Source: Zygnema circumcarinatum SAG 698-1b (taxonomy: Eukaryota; Plantae; Zygnematophyceae). From it: DNA of 64,000 nucleotides. The stretch spans positions 1,025,361-1,089,360 of the forward strand of contig CM074805.1 in assembly GCA_037447605.1 (NCBI GenBank), given 5' to 3'. Shown one piece after another: positions 42,484 to 55,237 of the stretch (position 1 is its first letter; the number at the start of each line of letters is the position of its first letter). Below the pieces are notes generated by a model. That model saw only the letters and a program-made list of their open reading frames with translations. It did not search any database and was not told the origin of the DNA. The position numbers and the translations under genes are program-made.

Positions 42484-43030
42484 GACTGTACAGTAGGACC
42501 CCATCATATTTTCCACCTCAACATTTGCGTCACCAATAAATTCGCACCAATTTTGCCGAAACCACTTTTTTGTACGGTAATTTCGTGTTAGCCGTAGAAT
42601 CCGTGCAATTCGTACAATCTGTACTAGCCGTACTAGCCGTACTAGCTGTACTAGCCGTCACGGGCTTACGCAAAACTCACCTAATCTCCCCGCACGCGCC
42701 GCCGTAAGAGGCGCTCACTCCTCTCCCCTTGTTATTGGCTTCGATACGATACGACACGATACGAGACGCCCCGATACGGTACTATCCGTACTAGCCGTAC
42801 GAGCTGTAGTAGCCGTTACGAGCTCGAATTTAAACGATACGGTACGATGCGGTACGATGCGGTACGATATTATAGAAAACGATACGATACGATACGTACG
42901 GGCATACATGAACTCTAACATAATTCCGCTCGCCTATTGGTAACACGGACCTTATATTTGCCAAAAACAATATTTTCGCCCGATTTTTGCCAAATGTAGG
43001 TGGAAAATATGATGGGGTCCTACTGTACGG
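42484..43030. mobile_element. Inverted-repeat element sharing its internal core with the 58222-59272 element
   Basis: TACAGTAGGACCCCATCATATTTTCCACC ... GGTGGAAAATATGATGGGGTCCTACTGTA. The internal CATGAACTCTAACATAAT.CCGCTCGCCTATTGGTAACACGGACCTTATATTTGC also occurs at ~58843-58898. No TSD was identified. Confidence 0.6.
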
Positions 43031-43231
43031 TATTATGCGGTACGGATGTACGGTCGGCTGGCTGCAGTGCAGCCGCTGCACTGCCATGCGGGAAGCAAGG
43101 AAGAAGCATCGCCAACGCCAAAACGACCTAATTTTGGTCGCGACTTTCGAGGTTGCTTCTAGCGCCGTGCTGTTGAGCCTAGAAGTAGATTTCCGTTTTG
43201 AGGCTTTCTCTTTGTCCTTTTGTCCTTTATG

Positions 43232-43430
43232 ACCGCTTCCTCTGGTTCCCTATGTCGACTTAATCCATGTACATTTGATGGCCTTGCCATCGTGAGTTCA
43301 AACAAACATTTTTTTCACTGCATTATTATAATATAGGCCAGGGAAGTGGCATTGGTCTCACGATGGCGATGATGCCATCAAATGTACATGGACAAAAGCA
43401 GCATGAGGAACCACGAGGAACTGGACGCGA
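43232..43430. repeat. Two back-to-back copies (C reverse, D forward) of the dispersed ~90-bp hairpin repeat
   Basis: GACCGCTTCCTCTGGTTCCC...TGATGGCCTTGCCATCGTGAG (43232-43300) and GGGAAGTGGCATTGGTCTCACGATGGC...GAGGAACTGGAC (43341-43426). Confidence 0.8.
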
Positions 43431-45841
43431 AGTACCTAAGCACAAAATAAAAAAGCTATGAGCGACAATCTACGCCCCGGCTTAACAACGCAGCCCTAGG
43501 AGCAGTCCGTCTCTAGTCACACCACTCGCGGCCCGCCTGGCAATACGGCCGCAAACGACAAACGGCCGCTCGCCCGCCCTGTCGGCCGCCAAATTGCGAT
43601 GTATCGCTCTACCAACAATATATCGTCTGAGGCTGCTCGACTTCCGTATCGGAAAGACGGTATTTAACGATACGATAGTGTCTGAGAGAGGCGATGCGAT
43701 ACGATACGATACGATACGGCGGCGCGTCGAATGGGTGGAAATCGGCGGCAGACGAGTCGCAGGCCATGAAGGCGATGGAGGCCGCCATGGTGGCGACCTG
43801 GGAGGAGGAGGGGTCACTCCTTTCCGACCTTCACAGTGCATGCGTTCTTGCCAGAGAACACCCCGGTCAGGTCAAGGCATTGAGCTCCCCTACCCGCGGG
43901 CCTGCACTGCCCGATACGGAACCACCTCTTATACATCCTCTATTTTCCAACTATAAAAACCATGGCAGAGACATGCTGTGGGTAGAGAGAGGTTCGCCTC
44001 TTCGCTCCCATCCCCAGTCGTGTTTTTTCAAACAAACTCAAGCTGTACGATGGAGGGCCCATGGGGACTAAATGGTAACCCCGTAGAAGACAGGACCCCC
44101 CTCCGCCAAGAGAGAAGATTATGAACGAAAGCATGGGTTGTTGCTTGCGTCTTGTATCAGGCAGGGATCGCCGGCTGTCTGTGGCTGACCGTGAAGACCA
44201 TCCCTCCCGACTTCACCTCCCGTACCACCCTGCGCTATCGTGGGCTCAGTGCGTCACGGGATTTTAAGCTGACAAGGGCTAATGGTGAAGGGCGAGGACC
44301 TTCAACACGGCATGGTAACTGTGTACCATGTCCGAGAATTTGACTGTCTTTTTCCTTACACCTGCGTCGGATATTTTTTAGCAGGGGCCAGCCAAGGACG
44401 AGGGCTCCGTGATAATCTACATCCTCTATTGTAAGTCATGTTGGCATCCCTCCAGGAAGCCTCAAGGAGAGGGATTAGAGCCCCGCCAAAGGCTCAAGAT
44501 TATGTGCGATGCATGGCGAATCTCCCCCTGAATGAAAGTCAGCCCCAATAGAAGAGAGTCTCTTCTCCTATACCACTGCCACCCTCGCAGTCCCAAGTCC
44601 CCTTCATATGGGGATGTTCGAAGCCAACTGCCTGTTGGGAGCCTCATTCATACGAGGGGACGCGGCATTGGGATTCAAACGGGCTCCCTCGTCTCACTTT
44701 TTAACGGCATGGAAGCACTGCCTCTTCCAGCAAGTACTGTTGACGACCCCCCCCCTGAATCAACTGCCACCTGTTTCTGCCGAGTTCTTCACGACTTGGC
44801 TGCTGACAGGAGGCCCATCCGTGCTGCACCATTCCAATCTTATGCTTATAACTGCCCGTGTGGGGGCTTCACATGCTTTAGATCCTCGTCCCGCACCCCT
44901 ATGTACATTATCTCCTGCCCATGCATTGCACCTCCCATCAATTTCTTCCTCCCTGCACTTTGTTTCGAGTCACCCAGGGCGCCGCTCAGTTACTTTCCAC
45001 CCCCAGTTATCCTGCAGATGTAGCACGTGGGCTGTGCCTTTGGCTTTGAACGACACACAATATTTTGACTGCATATTTGACCGACTGAACTGACAGCTTG
45101 TTGTATTAATGCCACCACACTATGAGATGGACCAAGGTTGGCACGGCGGCCCAGAGGTGACCTATTTTGTTGACCACTTATCGCAAGGAGAGAGGAGGAG
45201 GGAGCCACAACTCATGAGGCATCCAAAACACAGAACATGGCAACCCACACGGAGAATGGACAGTGTTTCCGTTTAGAACGAATTCAAGGAACAAATGTTA
45301 GAGAAGAATATAAAATGTCACAATATTTAAAAAAACTGCCCACTTAACAAATACCCAAAGGCCTACTCCTTTTTGGCTTAAAAAGAATAGCAATGCACCA
45401 CTTTTTAAATCTGAAATGTGAAGGACGAATGAATAGTAGAGAGAACGACCTACCCCAAAAATGATGGGTACAAATACCTGCGCTGAACCCTTCAGGATTA
45501 AACCAATTAATACGCCGCCTAGTCGATCTAATTCCGCCAAAATCAACAATAAAGACCACCCCCCTATCTGTGGGAAACGTAATGAACCCTCTCTGCTTCA
45601 TGCTCCCCTTCATGAAGTTCGTTCCAAAGCACGACAAAGAATTGCAGCGCAGTCCGTAGAGACCATTCTAAAGAACGCGCCGAACTCTCTTCGTGCCTTA
45701 TTGCTGCCCGACTGACTTGAAGACCTCAATAAAAAAACCGCACCCAAACATGAGTCCAACTCAACCGTAAGTCCACTTAGTGAAGCTGCTCCCCCCCACC
45801 CCCCCTTCCTGACAACTCCATATTTATATATACAGCACCCC

Positions 45842-47285
45842 TCATGCCTCCAGTCTGCTACTGCAGCTACCATCCCACGAACGGTGCCTCCTCCAACCTG
45901 GCTCTCCCATCTCTCTCTCTCTCTCCCTCTCTACCACTCCCCGGCTGCAGCTGCTCTCGCACCGAGCTTCCTCCGAAAGGGAGAAGGGGGTGCATCTGGG
46001 GGGGGGCTCCATATTGGAGGGAGGTCCGCTAGAAGAGTGGGAGGGGAGAGAGGAGGTAGAGAGGACAAGCCATCCGGGATCAAGGGTCTGCCAATTTTCC
46101 TTTGGGAAGTCGCGTGAAGAAGATGCGGGACGAGACTCTCTCTCCTCAGCTATCGAGCTCTCTCGTATCAGAATGTCGGCTGCTCTCTCCAAACTGTTCA
46201 CTAAGTGGGTCTCTTCTACAGGGCCTTCTAACAGTTGGGGCGGAGAGGAGGTGGGAGGGAGGGCAGAGGTAGGCTCCTGCTGCTGTGCCACGTGGCCTTC
46301 CCGCAGGCGGTGGAGGGAGAGGATGGGGTGGTTGTGCTGCGCCATATATGCGGTCCTCTCTCTCTGAAAGGAGTCCTTGTGGTAGTCGATGGTGCGCTTA
46401 GCGGGACACTCCGTCTTCTTGTACATCGCACAGCGGTAGTAGTTCCTGCACCGCTCGCAGCCACGCAAACCCTAACTTCGTGCACATGGAAACGGCAAGG
46501 CAGGAGCAGGCCAGGAGGAAAGCGAGACATTTCAATAGGGAGGAAGGGCAGAGGGAGGGAGACAGGGAGAAGGGGAGGAGGGAGGGAAAGAGGGAAGAGC
46601 ACAGTGAATATAGGAAAGGTTGCTATGGGAAGGAGGCGAAGGGGGAGGGAGGGGGAGATGAGAGAGAGAGAGGTGGAGTTGGAGAAAGTGAGAAGAAGAG
46701 TCGCTGTACCGCATGTAACGAGTGCCCTTGATATGCTTTTGGCCGTACTTTTCCCAAAAGTATCCGTCGTAAGGGATTCCCAGCCGGTGATGAATCCGCC
46801 TGCACAGACACAATGTCAACATATCTTCAGCCCAAGCAAGTATCTCCAGGATTTAGCAAGGATTTGCGCACAGTAAAGTCTGAGCATTTGCAGACGGCGA
46901 GTATCATTCAGAAGCTGCAATCATCTTACAGTTTCCTGCACAAAAACAGCAACATGATGTTGTCAAGCAGAGCCCACCTTCTGCGCACGACCTTATCTCC
47001 CTCTTGCCTGTTCTCAATATCCTCCTCCGAAGCAGGGTCGTCTTGGCCTGGTCTGCACACAAATCTCGCAAAACATAGTTCATGAATATTTTGAATTTTG
47101 CGTCGGATTTCGAGAGTTTAACTGGACATTGTAAGTGATAAACAGAAATGTTCAAGCATGACATAGAGAGTTGCTTTGACCATTTCCTTCCGGATGAACC
47201 TTACGTGCTCTGCCCACTACCACCCGCATCCTCTCTCTCAGGGAGGCCCTCCATCTCCTCTCCAGTGGGGGAGTCAGTTCCGCCC
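45842..47285 (-). CDS. WRKY domain unit, variant WEKYGQK (WRKY-B); possibly the C-terminal half of a two-domain gene starting at 49976
   Basis: The exon starting at 46799 reads RIHHRLGIPYDGYFWEKYGQKHIKGTRYMR; the next exon reads NYYRCAMYKKTECPAKRTIDYHKDSFQRERTAYMAQHNH. Stop at 45842-45844. In-frame upstream exons at 47285-47205 and 47052-46978 (internal ATG at 47254). Confidence 0.85.
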
Positions 47286-48193
47286 CTGCACAGACTCCAT
47301 CCACAGCTCAAATCTCAGTTCTTCCCAACTCAGATCAATACACAAGGGATATACGCACAAGTCGCAACTCATACAAACTTCAACTTCTAGCCGATGCTAT
47401 ACAGTCTTATCTTAACATGATCGCAAGTATCGAAGGGAGCTTTTGGAAGAGAATGAAAGAGAGGTGAATGGGAGAGAGGGTAAGTTCTGAGCATACAAAA
47501 GGCTTTTTGGGCTGAGGGACTCTTTACGAGTGGTTTCCAGGTCTCCTTCTGCAGCGCGATAATCTTCAGACGGCCTGCAAACACTCACAATATGAAAAGG
47601 ACAAACCTCTCAGGATTCTCTGTTCGTTCCTCATCCCCACTGCATAGCTCCTCCCTTCTCAGCAAGACCGAAAAAAAGGGTCTCACCGTCTAAGATCTTC
47701 GTGGCCTCTCTCCTCCTGCCTCTCCCACCCTGCAGGAGGGCGCGATTCCTCAATGTACGGTCCTGCAAATGAAGCCCCTATGAACTGTCAAGCGTGATGG
47801 ATAGAAGAAGCGCGGAAACACAAAAGACCCATGCTCTGCTTGCTCCCAGTGCTCTTGTTTTAGAGAAAGAAAATTAAAGGCATTCGCCGTCCCCACTCAC
47901 TACATCTCCACCTCCCTCCCACCCTCCATCTGCCTTGTCCCTCCGCCCCCACGATCCCTCCTCCCTCCCCTTCCCCCCCCCACCCCCCCTCCCTCCCATT
48001 CTCCCTCCCTCCCTCTCTCCCTCCCTCTCTCCCTCCCTCCCTCCCTCTCTCCCTCCCTCCCTCCCTCTCTCCCTCNNNNNNNNNNCCTCCCTCCCTCCCT
48101 CTCTCCCTCCCTCCCTCCCTCTCTCCCTCCCTCTCCCTCCCTCCCACTCTCCCTCCCTCTCTCCCAACCTCTCTCCCTCCCTTTCTCCCTCCC

Positions 48194-49976
48194 TCACTCC
48201 CTCCCTCCCTCTCTCCCTCCCTCCTCACCATTGCCCTCCGCCCCACAGCCGCTGCTCCCCTCCGGTCCGGCCGCAGGGGCCAGTCCGAGCCAACCCGCGT
48301 CCAGGCCCTGCCATCGCCCTCTCCCTCTCCCTCCCTCCGCCCCCTCTCCTCCTCTCGCCTCCTCCCTCACCACCGCCACGTGGCCCCTCAATTGAAGCCC
48401 CACGTCATCTTCTGGAGGGCCACAAACCACCTCTCCCGACCCTCCGGGCCGCCTCTCCCCTCTCACAGACAGCCACCCAGTAGTGGCTCCCTCTCCTCCC
48501 CCTCCCCCTCCCTCTCTCTCACTCCTCTCAGACCCCTCCAATGAGGGGCTTGCAGAGGTGTCTCTCTCAGCCTTTGCAGGCAGTTTAGTGAGCCCAATAT
48601 TCAACAGCAGCGCTTCTAGGAGAGCTCCGTTTGTCAAACAACTCTCTAAGGCTACCGGTTTCAATGGTTTCTGTGAATATTCTTCCAAAGATGCAGCTGC
48701 TTCCCCTTGAGATATCTTCCTCTTCTGCGAGCCATTAGGGTTATAGTAGACCTGACGGTCCCCATGCTCCGCTTCAGACGGAGGTTCAAGCTTCATTTCC
48801 GGCGGCAGGGAGGGAGGGGCTGCTTCGTGCGATACGGTGAGAGAGTGAGGGTGGGAGCGGTCGGGAACGAGAGGGTGGTTGTGCTTAGCGAGGTGGGAGA
48901 CCACTGTCCTTCGGAGGTTGTCTTTGTGGAAATCAACGGTTCGTTTCGCGGGGCATCCGAGGATTTTGAACAGACCGCATCGGTAGTATTTCCTGCTCAA
49001 ATTCAAGCGGAAGCAGGAGCATTCAGAAGCTGAGAGTGGCACTGCTGAGTGAGAGAAAGAGAGAGAGGGGGAGAGAGGGAGGGAGGGCGAGAGAGGCATT
49101 CTGCGAGAAGAATGTAGGGAGGAAGGAGGCAGGGGATAATGGTTTGTTTCCTTTTGTCTGGGTGAAATAAGCAGATTGGGGGGAGGGGGCAAACTTACCG
49201 CATGAAATCAGTGCCCTTGATTCTCTTTTGTCCGTACTGTTGCCATAGATGCCCGTCGTCGGGAAGACGTAGAGGATGCCGGATTCTCATTCTGTGCAAT
49301 AACTCTTCGAATAATGATTAAAACAATTGTTGTATTCAGTTAATAATCTCAAACCAATATAAACAAGTCTAGTGTACGCTATAGAAGCCAGCACCCTTAG
49401 GGCTACAAAATTTACCTCTTTCTCGGGATGTCTGTTTCGTCAATGCGGTTCCTTTCTCCATCATGTTCAACCAGCGACGAGTTCTCAGGTGCAGATCTGC
49501 GGCCGCGAATGTCCGAATATTGAGTTCAACATTTTTTGGTTTCCACAAGTCTACAATTAAAGAAAACCCCAATTACTTTACCTTCTGAGGTTTGCGAACC
49601 CTAATATCCAAAATGGCCCGTTAAAACACATGCTTCTCTCGTACTCCGAAGCGCTCCTGCTAGTTTCATCCTTAAGAGAGAGCCTCCTACTCGGCTGACT
49701 GACACATGACGGTTCTCCATGGCGCCATGGTCTTTGTATGTTGAAATGGCAGACGTAGAGAGAGGGGAGGAGAGGGGAGAGAGAGAGAGAGCGAGAGAGA
49801 GAGAGAGAGGACGAGGCTAACTCTGCATCCGGCGTGCCCCAGCGTTGCGGGGAATTGCCAGCTGGCGCCACGTGGTCCTCCTCCGCCTCCTCCCTGCTGG
49901 GCGCGCGCCCCTCCGTCTCGCTCCCCCCGCTGGGCTCCGCCTTCACGGACGGCTCGGTCTCCCCGCCAGCCTCCAT
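48194..49976 (-). CDS. WRKY domain unit, variant WQQYGQK (WRKY-C)
   Basis: ATG at 49976 (MEAGGETEPSVKAEP...). Exon ~49291-49199 reads MRIRHPLRLPDDGHLWQQYGQKRIKGTDFMR. The exon from 48992 reads KYYRCGLFKILGCPAKRTVDFHKDNLRRTVVSHLAKHNH. Confidence 0.85.
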
Positions 49977-52084
49977 GGGACCGCTCCCTTATGCCCCCTC
50001 TTCACCCGTCCTCTCCCTCCCTCCGTCCCTCCCCTCCGTCCCTCCCCTCCGTCCCTCCCCTCCCTCCCTCCCTCCCACCCTGCCCGCCCTCCCTGTCCCT
50101 CTCTCTCTCTCCCTCTCCCCCTCTCCCCCTCTCTCCCTCTCTCCCTCTCCCCCTCTCCCCTCTCTCCCTCTCTCCCTCTCCCCCTCTCCCCCTCTCCCCA
50201 ACTCTCCCTCTCTCCCTCTCTCCCTCTCTCCCTCTCTCCCTCCCTCTCTCCCCTCGCACCTCCCCCGCCGCCCCTACCCCCCCCGGGTGGTACCACACGT
50301 GCGAATGGCGGGGGCCTGTACGAAGGCGGATAAGCGGCCAAGGAAGGGCCGGCGCGTGGCGGCCCGCCTGGCGGCCCCGCCGGGTCCTCAGGACTGCGCG
50401 GTACGGCCCACGCCGTCCAGCTGGCGCCGCCCGGGGCCTCCACGTGGCCCTGCCCGCCGCGCGGGCCAATTGCAGAGCCCTCGGCGGGCCCTGATTGGCC
50501 CGCGGCCGCACGGCGAGGCGGACCGCCAGTCGCGTGCGACAACACTGCCGGGCCCGCGAGCGTACGACGGCGGTGTCGTATAGCGGAGGTCCTTCCTGGA
50601 GGACCGCCCGCCGTCGGGCCCGCCCCGTTCTTGGATTTGCCGCCCGGGCGCGCCATCATGATATCGCAAACGGCCAAAGACGACATTAAATGGGTGTATC
50701 TTGATTCGTACGATTCTGCGGGTGGTTGCAGTTTGGACGCTAGCGAGTATTTAAGAAAGGCCGCCCTCTTGCAAAGAGACAAGGTTACGTGGCGCAATCT
50801 GGAAGGTCCATGTGGAGAGAAAAGTTGGTCAACAGTATTAAGACAAAATTTCGTACGGTTACTTTTGAAAGCTGTACGATTTTTAGCGGACCTGCGGTTG
50901 AGAGATGACCGCCCGCCCGGGCCGCGGTCGAGAACACGCGGATGAATGTACGGACGGATTAGGCCGCGCCAAGACAAGAATCGAATGGCATTTTATTTGG
51001 GGACGCGGAAAATCAATTTTCGTATCTTTTTGGACTGGACCGCCGCGCACAGTGCAGATGGACGCAGTTTCATGCGGAACAGCGCCGTGTAACAGTGTGG
51101 TTTCCCAGCACCGCATATGACGGGGGGGCGGGTCTTGGTCCCCGGCCTTTACCGTACTTCTGTAGCCTCTGTGAAACACGAGACTCTGCTGCCAACAATA
51201 GTCAGAAAGTAGTCGACTAAAGACCCTCCCAAAACCAAGCCGTCCTCTAACCAGACGGCGCGCCGAAGTCAAACGTTCCTAACCGCGTTTCGCACAGGAT
51301 ATGATTCGCAGCCAGCGAGCAGAAAATCCTGGATGTCCGTACTTCCAGATGTACGGCCATATTTGACTTGAACCGCCGCTGGTGCGTCAGCAGGATTCGG
51401 CCAGCCAATCAGGAGCCGCCTGGCAGTAGTCAATCGGGAGACGGTTTTGTCGTTTGTCACATCGCGATGCCGTCGGCGTATCGGCTGTGACCGGCAGGGC
51501 CCGCCGGCCGCTGGCGCGATTCCCGTACTTCTGCCGCCCAGTGGAGCTGCCGGTCACAACTCGAGGCCGCCGACGCCGGCAAGTCTGGTCGGCCATAGCC
51601 GCCGCTACGCCGACGATATGATAGCACCTATCCCAAACGACAAGATGGTCGCCCCTTCGCATGTCCCTATCCGCACAGACTTTCTGTCCGTTTGTGGTCG
51701 GCGGCTCCTGATTGGTTGGAAATCTGCCGTTTGTCGCGGCGATTGGCCATCCTTTGACTTATTCTCTCGTCCTCAGCACCGGTCAACGCACCAATCAGGA
51801 GCCGCCCCGGTCGCCCGCCCTGCTGGTGCCTGTGGGCTGGCGCCTATTGGGTGGACAGGGATAAGAGCGGATACGATATATCACGATGTCGCCGGTGCAG
51901 CGGCGGCGACGGACGGAAGTTGCCGGCCTCGCCCTTGGCGCCGTCACTTCCGCCGGCCGGCCGGCAGTAGCGGCGACGCCGGCAACTTTCGTCCGTCGTC
52001 GCCGACGGTTAGAAATGGAGCACGCGGTTCGGAGGAGCGAAAAACTTATTTTTCAACTTCTATAACAGTCTTATAGTCTTGTCC

Positions 52085-52175
52085 ATTGTGACCGCTTCCT
52101 CTGGTTCCCTATGTCGATTTTATCCATGTACATTTGATGGCCTTGCCATCGTGAGTTCAATCAAACATCCTTCCC
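52085..52175 (-). repeat. Dispersed ~90-bp hairpin repeat, copy E
   Basis: Nearly identical to copy C at 43232; ends ...CATCCTTCCC. Confidence 0.8.
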
Positions 52176-53814
52176 TTATAACACTTTCACAGGTCGGACC
52201 ATGGGATCGCCAGCCATTGGACGACCATTGCCTGGCACTGGTTGGACGATCCAACGGTTCACAACCATTGCAATGGTTGATCCAATGGTCCGACCTGTGG
52301 GCTTCGGCGCGGCGCGCGACGTGACAGGCCGGAGGGCGACGGAGCACCTCGCGCGTGATGATGGACGTTTCCAAGGTTCTCTCCTTCAAAGTTTCCTTCG
52401 GCAGGAGGGAGGTTCGCTCCCGCTGGGCGGCCCACAGGCCACACCCATCGATTTGGGGGGGCACGGGAGGGACACGTGTCGAGACGGCAGAGAACAGTCG
52501 AGGGATGGCCATGGCTCAGAGTCAGCCAATTTAGTTGCATGCATGCGCGCCGTAGAGACTGACTGACTGACTGATTGACTAACAGACTGGCCAATTCCAC
52601 ATCCAACACACCCACAATGAGGAGTACGTGGCAAGCCGTGGTTGGTTGCAAAGCACACCCTCATCTGAATCATGGCCTCATTTGCGGCGCGGCATTGCCC
52701 CCCCTTCAAGCCTCACTCGAGGTCACCTGAGCTCCATCCTGAACCTGCCTGCGATTCGACCTCACTCACTCACTCCCTCACTCTTTAGCGTCAACTTAAA
52801 CCCCAACGGCCAAGCCCCCCCCCTCCCCCCCCCCACCCCCTCCTAAGTCCACGGATGGTCCATGGCTGCCACACCCTCTTCTTTGCTCCATTGCCGAAGC
52901 CGACGAGCTTTGCGCAGCTTCCCCCGTGTTCGCAGGCTCCGGCAATTTTGGTTTTAGAATTGAATAAATCTCTTCAGTACCGTACTAAACAAAGGCCTTT
53001 CACTATGCGGCATTGGGCCTGATCGCAGTTGTCCACCGTGCCACGTGTCTGCTGATCGACGGACGAGACTCATCCGAAGGCAGCTTCACTGTCCCTGTGA
53101 TGGGACTCGCCTCGCCCTCCGCAGAGCCATTCTCTTCCCCGCCATGGCGTCCCTCCTCGCCTTCCGCCTCCCCCCTCCTCCTCCCGAATGTACTGCTCCC
53201 AGGGGGGTCGTCCATGGCTTCCTGCACTTGCCTGCATTCCGATCGTCTGGTGAGGCACACTTGGAAGCGTCTCAGCTTTATGAACCGCGGCGCGACTTGG
53301 AAATTGCTGCTGCCTTTAGAAATAAAAGCCTCCGAATTACATGGGAGCCTTCAGACAAGCGCGGAATGAAGGCCTTACCGAAGTGGGTTCTCGCAAGCAG
53401 CTTCATTTACAGGGGAGTGAGGCTCACACAGGCTCCGACTCCCCCTCTCCTCCTGCGCCATATTCAGTCTGCAGCAACATCGTGAAGCAGCCCCCATTAG
53501 ACCCCTCCACCTCCGCGAGAAGAAAAACGAAACCATGGCAATGGCAACCAGTCGATCGACTCCTTCAGAAACTCCCCCACACCTCCCCTTTCAGAGAAAC
53601 CTTGGCATGCCAAGCCGACTTCAGTGAAGTGGTGAAAGAGAGGGAAGCAAGTTTCATATATTGGGGGCCTCTCTCAATTTCCTCATGTGTTGAATGCGGA
53701 TGTAAATTCGGTACCGCTCTCACCTCTCTCGCAAAAGACAGTCTTTGCGGCTTCCCTCCCCCGGCCTCGTCTTGCTCTCCTGTGGTTGCTTTCTTCTTCT
53801 TCTTCTTCTTCTTC

Positions 53815-55190
53815 TTAATCTTCTTCTGCATCGGCAGGCAGCGCTTCCTTCCTATCAGCTATCTGCAGTACTCTGCGAAGCGCTCCGAAATTTTTGATTT
53901 AGGGCGGGAGCTGATAGTTGGGAAATCTTTAACTAGTTTGAACAGCGAGTGGCTTACAGCCACTCAGAGATGAAAGTCAAGCAGCCAACATGATGATCCT
54001 TCATCTTTCTTTTTAAGATGGCGCAATCACTCTAACAATAAAAGCTCAGCGCGCATCACCTGCTTCGCCTTTTCCTCCGTCTCCTTAGTCTTCTCCGTCC
54101 CCTTCTCACCTTGTTTCTCCAGTTGCTGTTTCAGCTCATCGACTTGTTTCTGCAGCCTGCCCACACATCATTTTTACATTGATCAGCACCATACATTGCC
54201 GCAACCGCGTACTGTCTGCCTCATTCCCCTCCCCTTCCCTCCCCCTGTCAAAAGCTCAGACAAAGCACTCCCTCCCTCCCACCCCCCCCACCCCCCCTCA
54301 TCGACATTTCCCCCCCTTCCCCCCCCCCCCCACCCCCATAACGCAGTTCCATGTAAGAACCGTTCAACCGTTGCCTCTGCCTGCTGCCTTCCCTGTTCCG
54401 CCGCCGCAAGTCGCTCTCTAAGGTCCCGCCCTTCAAGCTGCTGCGCTGCGATCTCCGTCTTCAACCTCTCTGTGTTGCGCTCTTGATCCTCCATTGCTTC
54501 CTCAAACGAGCGGTTTGTCAGAATGCAGCAGTCCTGCATCCAATCAATATCAGCGCGTGAGAGACCCGTTCAATAGGCGGGTTTGGGCCGGTCCCCAAAA
54601 GACAAAGAATTCGCTTTCAGTTCATGGGTCACCTGAATGAAAGGTTTTCAGCCGCTGACAATGAATTGACTGCTTGAAGACGAAGGAGGGGCCCCAAGGC
54701 CATCGACACCCCGCAAACAACCATGCCGGCCTTTCCCGACCTTTTTCCGTTTTGCAAAAAAGTAGTGGTCTCATTGAAGGGCAAAACGTTACCTTAACTC
54801 CTCCCTCCACATTCTCGTTATTGACATCTTCACCCTTTCGCAGCCGTTTGGAGCCCTCAAACCTACTATCCTCCAGTCGCTGCTGTTCTCCGTCTCCTGG
54901 CCACTCTCCATCTTCACCCATCACTGTCACAACACATCAAATTCATGCCATTTACTACATAGAACGGAATGAACAAACCAAAACTGGTACCTGATTGCTT
55001 CTAAGTTGAAAAAACGGGTTACTTGTAGCAGCAGCAAAGCTTCCCGCTGGCACGGTTCGAGCTCACCTATGGCGGAAGCCTTGCGCTTGGTTGGCTCCTC
55101 GCTACTGGCTGCCTCAGCGACTTCCCGAAAGACAAACGAAAGAGCGGCTCCTGCAGTCGCACAACAGTACGAGAGAGAGAGACTGAGCGA

Positions 55191-55237
<47 letters not shown>

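Noticed and set aside
43690-45250. Possible decayed transposase or retroelement ORFs
   Set aside because: I found no DDE, RT, RNase H or SWIM motif that I could support; the frames are short and interrupted.
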